A stretch of 64,000 bases of DNA from an uncultured Acidobacteriota bacterium (lineage in GTDB: Bacteria; Acidobacteriota; UBA6911), in assembly GCA_963843575.1 (NCBI GenBank), contig CAWJKZ010000014.1:128001-192000 (forward strand), read 5' to 3'. Below are positions 57,971 through 64,000 of this stretch, in pieces. The notes under the pieces are model-generated. The model was given only the letters and a program-made list of their open reading frames with translations, was not told the DNA's origin and did no database searches. The position numbers were made by a program, and so were the translations under genes. Every line of letters starts with the position of its first letter. Position 1 is the first letter of the stretch.

Positions 57971-59566
57971 ATGCAGGTCCCGCTGACCCCGCTCCGTTTC
58001 AAGCGACGGGCGCTGGCACTGCACGGCGGCCGGCTCGGGGTTGTCTGCGGCGCCTTCCGCTATTCGTACCGCGAGTTCTTCGACCGGTGCGACCGGCTCT
58101 CCAGGGCGCTCGAGGGTCTCGGCGTGCGCCGGGGGGACCGGGTCGCGTTCCTGGCCTACAACTGTCACAGGCTGCTCGAGGCCTACTACGGCGTGGTCCA
58201 GATGGGCGCGATCCTGGTGCCGCTCAACGTCCGGCTCACGGGCGCCGACTTCGTGGCCATACTGGGCGACGCCGGGGCCCGGGTGCTTTTTTTTGACAGC
58301 GACTTCACCGACACCGTCGGGGGCATCCGGGCGGACCTGACCTCGATCGAGCAGCTGATCCCCCTGGACCTCCCCACGAGCGCAGGGTGGGATTCGAAGA
58401 AATCCTACGACGACCTCCTCGTGGATGCCGGGCCGGGGGCCTTTGATGCGGCCGAGCCCGCGGAAGAGGACGTCGCCGAGATCTTTTACACCAGCGGCAC
58501 GACGGGCAGCCCCAAGGGTGTAATGCTGACCCACCGGAATCTCTACCTGCACGCGCTGACGACCATCATCGGTCTCGGCCTCCAGGACACCGACGTTCAG
58601 CTGCACACGATCCCGCTGTTCCACGTCAACGGTTGGGGCTCCCCGCAGAGCCTGACGTGCGTCGGCGGGACGCACGTGATGCTGCGGCGGTTCGACCCGG
58701 CCGAAGTCCTACGCCTCCTCGAGTCCGAGGGGGTGACCCGGATGTCGCTCGTGCCCAGCATGGCGGGTGCCCTGCTGAGTCATCCGGATCTGGTGCGGCG
58801 CAAACACCCGCGGCTGCGCATGGTGAACCTGGGGGGCGCCGCGGCCTCAACCACCTTGGTCCGTCGCATGGAGGAGGCGTTCGGGTGCCCCTGTTTCTCC
58901 GGGTACGGCCTCACCGAGACTTCGCCCATCCTGACCCTCTCGTCGATCAGGGGCGTGCTCGCGGGGGCGTCCGCGGAAGAGAGGGTGCGCCGCGAGGCCA
59001 TGACGGGCTGGGCGCAGATCGGTGTGGAGGTCCGGGTGGTCGACGCGGAGGGCCGCGACGTGCCCCCGGACGGCAAGCAGGTCGGCGAGATCGCCGTGCG
59101 CGGCGACGGCGTCATGAAAGGGTACTGGCGCCAGCCGGAGGAAACTGCGCGCGTGCTCCGCGACGGCTGGTTCTACACCGGGGACCTGGCGACCATCGAT
59201 GCGGAAGGGTACGTCCTGATCGTGGACCGCAAGAAGGACATCATCATCAGCGGCGGCGAAAACATCTCGTCGCTGGAGATCGAGAAATGCCTGTACGGGC
59301 ACCCGGCGGTGTTCGAGTGCGCAGTCCTGGCCGTGCCGGACGAAAAATGGGGCGAGGTTCCGAAGGCTCTCGTCGTCCGCGCCCCGGGAGAAGCCGCCAC
59401 CGCCGAGCAGCTGCTCGAACACTGCCGCCGCAACCTGGCCCCCTTCAAGTGCCCCCACTCGGTCGAATTCGTCGAGAGCCTCCCCAAGGGAGGCACCGGC
59501 AAGATCCTCAAGAGGGCCCTGCGCGAAAAATACTGGGCCGGCCAAACCGGACGCGTGCGCGGCTGA
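57971..59566 (+). CDS. long-chain acyl-CoA synthetase / AMP-binding enzyme
   Basis: YTSGTTGSPKG, PLFHVNGW, GYGLTET, TGDLA, DRKKDIIISGGENI, PKGGTGKI. Confidence 0.92.
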   Translation: MQVPLTPLRFKRRALALHGGRLGVVCGAFRYSYREFFDRCDRLSRALEGLGVRRGDRVAFLAYNCHRLLEAYYGVVQMGAILVPLNVRLTGADFVAILGDAGARVLFFDSDFTDTVGGIRADLTSIEQLIPLDLPTSAGWDSKKSYDDLLVDAGPGAFDAAEPAEEDVAEIFYTSGTTGSPKGVMLTHRNLYLHALTTIIGLGLQDTDVQLHTIPLFHVNGWGSPQSLTCVGGTHVMLRRFDPAEVLRLLESEGVTRMSLVPSMAGALLSHPDLVRRKHPRLRMVNLGGAAASTTLVRRMEEAFGCPCFSGYGLTETSPILTLSSIRGVLAGASAEERVRREAMTGWAQIGVEVRVVDAEGRDVPPDGKQVGEIAVRGDGVMKGYWRQPEETARVLRDGWFYTGDLATIDAEGYVLIVDRKKDIIISGGENISSLEIEKCLYGHPAVFECAVLAVPDEKWGEVPKALVVRAPGEAATAEQLLEHCRRNLAPFKCPHSVEFVESLPKGGTGKILKRALREKYWAGQTGRVRG

Positions 59567-59651
59567 GGCGCTCCCACCGCTCGCGTTCAGCATTTACTAA
59601 GGCAAAATACCCTATAAGCCTTAATAAGTTAGTCAATACTGCACAATTCCC

Positions 59652-59680
59652 TTGACAGTGAGGCGCATGCCCCCTACATT
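59652..59680 (+). promoter_or_regulatory. sigma70 promoter of glnB, positioned for a leaderless mRNA
   Basis: TTGACA (59652-57), 17 nt, TACATT (59675-80), 6 nt, then ATG 59687; no Shine-Dalgarno sequence. Confidence 0.7.
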
Positions 59681-59686
59681 GTCGCG

Positions 59687-60025
59687 ATGAAAATGATCCA
59701 CGCGATTATCCGCCCGCACCGGCTGCAGGACGTGAAGGAGGCGCTGGCGGACGCAGGTGTCGTCGGCATGACGGTCACCGACGTCCGCGGCGCCGGCCGG
59801 CAGAAAGGCCAGGTCGAGCGCTACCGCGGTTCCGAGTACAGCATCGACCTGCTCGCCAAGGTCAAGGTCGAAGTAGCCGTGCTCGACGACCAGTGCGAGG
59901 AGGTCATCCAGGCCATCCGGAAGTCCGCCTACACGGGTGAAATCGGCGACGGCAAGATTTTCATCATGCCGCTCGAGGACTCCGTGCGGGTGCGCACGGG
60001 CGAGCGCGGCGAGGATTCCCTCTAG
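59687..60025 (+). CDS. glnB: nitrogen regulatory protein P-II
   Basis: 112 aa; T-loop GRQKGQVERYRGSEY (uridylylatable Tyr51), TGEIGDGKIF, RVRTGE. Confidence 0.95.
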   Translation: MKMIHAIIRPHRLQDVKEALADAGVVGMTVTDVRGAGRQKGQVERYRGSEYSIDLLAKVKVEVAVLDDQCEEVIQAIRKSAYTGEIGDGKIFIMPLEDSVRVRTGERGEDSL

Positions 60026-60061
60026 CATTTCCCCAGGATACGAACCAAGGAGGAGGAGCGG

Positions 60062-60388
60062 ATGGGACTCAGGGCTCGCACAAGAACAACTTCACATTTT
60101 GCTGACGGCTCCCGAGCCGCGCGAACCCTTAGCCCGAGCGACGTCGTCAAGCTGGACAAGAACCTTTACGACCTGCCGCCCGAGGCGAAGGCGCGGGTGA
60201 AATCGACCCCGTCGTCGCTGCCCGAAGCACTCGAGGCCCTGCAGAACGACCACGAGTTTCTTCTCAAAGAAGACGTGTTCACGCAGGACGTGATAGACAC
60301 CTCGGTCCACTGCAAGACCGCACACGAGGTCAACCCCGTCCGGCTGCGCCCCCATCCGTACGAGTACTTCCTGTACTACGATATCTAA
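60062..60388 (+). pseudogene. glnA: glutamine synthetase type I C-terminal remnant
   Basis: LDKNLYDLPPE...P.SL.EALEAL..DHEFL...VFT.DVI......E...VRLRPHPYEY.LYYDI is only the last ~80 aa of GSI-beta; a strong RBS remains upstream. Confidence 0.85.
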
Positions 60389-60443
60389 ACCGCACTCGGA
60401 AGGGTGGCGCGGCCGGCCGCGCCCCACCCCCAGGGCCGCATCG

Positions 60444-63020
60444 ATGCAAAACGAAGTCGGGCGCCTCCGGCGCAAATTCCGCGAGGGACGAGAGGGGCTC
60501 TTCACGCTCGCCGCCCGCCTGGCGCCCTGCCGGGAGTTGCTGGACCGCCACACGGCGCTCGTCGACGGCATCGTGCGCGAAATCTACGACGCCTCCTGCG
60601 CCTTCGCCGACGCCAGGACGGGCAGGACCGGGCGCTCCGGGCTGGCCATCGTCGCGACCGGCGGTTACGGCCGGTGCGAACTGAACCCTTACTCGGATAT
60701 CGATATCGCCTTCGTCCCCTCGGAAGAGGAGGATCCGTGGGTCGAGGCCGCCGTCCACATGGCCTTTCGCCTGCTCATGGACGTCTTCCTGTCGTTCCGG
60801 GAGGTGCACGTCGGCTACGCCTACCGGCCGGTCGGCGAGGGCTCGACGTGGGATCTGCCGACGAGGACCGCGCTGCTGGACGCGCGCTTCCTCTGCGGCG
60901 AGCCGCTCCTTGCCCAGGCGCTGAAGTGCCAGGTCCGGGAGGTGCTATCGTCGCTCGACCTCCTGTTGGAGACGCGTTCCCTGGGGGAGCGGTCGCGCGC
61001 GCACACGGTGCCCCCGACCTATTCGGTCGAGCCGAACCTGAAGGAGGGGAGGGGATCTCTGCGGGACCTGCATCGCGGCCGCTGGCTCTTCATGCTCCTT
61101 CTCGGTGTCGACCAAGACCAGCTCCCCGCGGCGCTCGAGCGGCACGAGATCCTGACCGGAGATGAGTTCGCGGCGGTGGAGGAGGCGGCGGCGTGGTTTT
61201 GGCGCGCGCGCAACTGGGTCCACCTCGTGGCGGGGAAGCGCTCCGACCTGATCATGAACAACCTGCAGGACCGCATCGCCCGCGAGCTGGGCGCCGCCTC
61301 CGCCCAGGCCTGGCTTGCCCAGCACTACGCGCGGGCCGAGACGCTGGCGCATTTCCGCGACGCCGCCGTGCGTAGCACCCTGCGCGGCCCGTTGCCGCTG
61401 GGGGGCCTCCAGCTGGAAAACGGCGCGTTTCACCTGCACGGCGCGGGAGGCACACGGGACTACGCTTCCGCCGTGCGCCTCTTCCACCTGGCGCAACGCC
61501 ACCGGATCCCAGTCGCCCTGGACGACGCGGCCGAGCTGGCGCACCGGCGGCTGGACTCGGGCCGGGCCGCGCCCGCCGCGGGCGAAGAGTGCTGGGCCTT
61601 TCTCGACGTGCTGCGCGAGGAGCGCGGCGTAGCCGCAACCCTGCGCACTCTCGCCAGCTTCGACCTGCTCGATCGTTTTGTCGACGGGTACTCGAACCTC
61701 ATGCGCTACGTGCCGCCGGATCCGGCGCACCGCTACACGGTAGGCGAGCATTCCTTCAGGATCGTGGAGGAACTGGAGTCGCTCCGCAGCGGCTCGGCGA
61801 CCGATGCGACCTCCCAGCGCTTCGCCGACCTCGTGGCGCAGTGTTCCCACTTCGACGTCCTGTGCCTGGCGGCGCTGCTGCACGATTCCGGCAAGATGCT
61901 GCAGGCCGCGGATCACAGCGAAGCCGGCCTGGCGCTGACACGCGCGGTCGCGAGGCGGCTGGGACTCGCGCCGGAAAAGTCCGATCTGCTGGAGCTTCTG
62001 GTGCGTCACCACCTTCTGCTGGTGCGCACGGGACGACTGGAGGACCTCAAGTCCCCCGGCGTCATCCAGGCGGTCGCGGAGAAGTTCCCCAATGTCGACG
62101 CCTTGCGACACCTCTACGTGTTCACGTATGCCGACACGAAGTCGGTGGGCGAGAAGAACTGGACGTCGATGGATTACCGGGACCTGGAAGACCTCTACCG
62201 CAAGGTGCAGGACGTTCTGGGCGGCCGCGCGGTCGAGAAGGGGGGCGAGGCGGCGCTCGAGGACCGGCGCGGCCAGGTGCGCCGGAAGCTCGCGGCCTCC
62301 GGCAAGGACGCCGACGAGCAAGCCGTGCGGCGGCACTGCGACGCGATGCCGGCCAGCTACATCCTGAACACCCCGCTGGACGAGATAGCGCTGCACCTGC
62401 AGCTGCTGACCCGGCTCGAGTCCGAGCGCGCCGTCCTGGACATTTACAACCGGCCGGGGGACGATTACTCCGAACTGACGATCTGCACCCACGACGATCC
62501 CCGGCCCGGAATGCTCGCCAAGATCACGGGGGTCCTCTACGGGTGCGACGTCGACATACACAAGGCCCAGGTCTTCACGATGGAGCGCGACCACCCCGTG
62601 GTGCTCGACACCCTCTGGATCCGCTCCAACGGACGGCAGGTCTCGGAATCGCGCGCCGCCCGCATCCGCTCGGCCCTGAAGGACGTGCTGACCCAAGTTC
62701 GGTCGCTGGAGCAATTCCTGTCCGGCGCCGGGAAACGGCCACCGGAAGGCATCCCCCTCGACAGCGTGCAGTTGCACAACGAACATTCCGAGGAGCACAC
62801 CGTCGTGCACGTCGTCGCCCGGGACCTGCAGGGCCTGCTGTACCTGATGACGCGTGCGCTGTCACGCTGCGGCCTGCACATACACTCCGCGAAGGTCGCG
62901 ACGTGGAACGCGCGGGCGGAGAACAACTTCTACGTTACCACCCTCGCGGGCGGCCAGATTCCCCAGCGAGACCTGCCGGAGTGGGAGAAAACGCTCACGC
63001 GCGCTTTTCTCGGATCGTGA
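60444..63020 (+). CDS. glnD: [protein-PII] uridylyltransferase / uridylyl-removing enzyme
   Basis: VATGGYGR.ELNPYSDID NTase, EPNLKEG.GSLRD, HRYTVGEH/LLHD.GK HD domain, two ACT domains; adjacent to glnB. Confidence 0.92.
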   Translation: MQNEVGRLRRKFREGREGLFTLAARLAPCRELLDRHTALVDGIVREIYDASCAFADARTGRTGRSGLAIVATGGYGRCELNPYSDIDIAFVPSEEEDPWVEAAVHMAFRLLMDVFLSFREVHVGYAYRPVGEGSTWDLPTRTALLDARFLCGEPLLAQALKCQVREVLSSLDLLLETRSLGERSRAHTVPPTYSVEPNLKEGRGSLRDLHRGRWLFMLLLGVDQDQLPAALERHEILTGDEFAAVEEAAAWFWRARNWVHLVAGKRSDLIMNNLQDRIARELGAASAQAWLAQHYARAETLAHFRDAAVRSTLRGPLPLGGLQLENGAFHLHGAGGTRDYASAVRLFHLAQRHRIPVALDDAAELAHRRLDSGRAAPAAGEECWAFLDVLREERGVAATLRTLASFDLLDRFVDGYSNLMRYVPPDPAHRYTVGEHSFRIVEELESLRSGSATDATSQRFADLVAQCSHFDVLCLAALLHDSGKMLQAADHSEAGLALTRAVARRLGLAPEKSDLLELLVRHHLLLVRTGRLEDLKSPGVIQAVAEKFPNVDALRHLYVFTYADTKSVGEKNWTSMDYRDLEDLYRKVQDVLGGRAVEKGGEAALEDRRGQVRRKLAASGKDADEQAVRRHCDAMPASYILNTPLDEIALHLQLLTRLESERAVLDIYNRPGDDYSELTICTHDDPRPGMLAKITGVLYGCDVDIHKAQVFTMERDHPVVLDTLWIRSNGRQVSESRAARIRSALKDVLTQVRSLEQFLSGAGKRPPEGIPLDSVQLHNEHSEEHTVVHVVARDLQGLLYLMTRALSRCGLHIHSAKVATWNARAENNFYVTTLAGGQIPQRDLPEWEKTLTRAFLGS

Positions 63021-63086
63021 GGTCGTGGCGCAAGCTGTTCGACCGATACTTCTCGTCCTGACGGCGGGGTGCAGTCGCTTTGCCGA

Positions 63087-63703
63087 TCAGGGTTTGTCCG
63101 GCTTTTCCTGCGAGTCCAGGAGGAGCTCGAACGGTCCGACATCCCGCCCGGTGCCCCTGTTGGTCAACCCGGGGATAGTCAGCTTGGCGCCGACAAAGAA
63201 ATCCTGAGTCGGGGTCGGCGTGAAGAAAAAAATCAAGCCCTGGACCGTCCCGCCAGGTTCGACCTGGCCGCTGTGCAATTCCCTCGCCGGTCAGGGTGTC
63301 CAGCAGCGAGGTTTGTCCCCCTTTCCCGTCGCCCTTCCCGCGACTTCGGCTTGGGCGTCCTGCTGAACCCATTCCCGCCGGTGACGTCCTCGACCACGAT
63401 GGCCGCAGGGGTCGTGTACAGGCTCTGCCCGGAACGGGTGGACAACATCACTTTCCGGGTGCTGATCGAGATGTAGTCGGATGTGTCGTTGCGAATGGCG
63501 ACGAAAACGGGGAAGTAGCCGCGTTTGAGGAGATCCCGCAGTCAAACGCCGAGGCGGATTTTTCGGCGCGTCCGTAAGGTTCGGCCGCTACCGTCACGCC
63601 CCCAACCGTCGCCCGCGCGGCGTAGGATTCCACCGGCGGGGCCTGGCCGCCCACGATGCCCCCTGCCCCCCAAGGTCAGAAGCAGCAAGGACTGTTTCGA
63701 CAT
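63087..63703 (-). CDS. hypothetical exported protein (frameshifted)
   Basis: Fragments MSKQSLLLL..., VTVAAEPY, GYFPVFVAIRND, VEPGGTVQGLIFF join across frames. Confidence 0.55.
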
Positions 63704-63753
63704 GGTTTTATAATAGCACAGGTAGGCGCAACCCGCACAGTCCCAGCGGGTAA

Positions 63754-64000
<247 letters not shown>

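Overview
GC-rich bacterial chromosome segment, probably Acidobacteriota (inferred from gene content and protein style). It contains many single-base frameshifts, which look like uncorrected long-read errors. In order: a 2-oxoacid dehydrogenase E1a/E1b/E2 cluster; a FadF/HdrD-like Fe-S oxidoreductase and a Zn-dependent dehydrogenase; a reduced complex I operon (nuoABCDHIJKN, with no nuoEFG and no nuoLM); two tandem phosphohexomutases and a secreted glycoside hydrolase; a Zn metallopeptidase; a four-gene ABC exporter; a TPR protein; tRNA-Leu(CAG); an apparent non-cellulosomal cohesin-dockerin surface-protein operon directly downstream of prsK/prsR-like genes; wbpB/D/E/I-like diacetamido-uronic acid genes; a Ser/Thr kinase / beta-barrel / Ser/Thr kinase module; a hemerythrin and a Tes (tetraether synthase)-like radical SAM enzyme; an MFS transporter, leuDC and a TonB-dependent receptor; a PmoA/DUF6807-like protein and an acyl-CoA ligase; glnB, a glnA remnant and glnD; and the start of dnaK. 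The best candidate for an undescribed system is the cohesin-dockerin-Fn3 operon (25401-32895) with its PrsK/PrsR-like regulators. No CRISPR array, rRNA or transposase was seen. All family assignments come from recognising motifs by eye, not from database searches.
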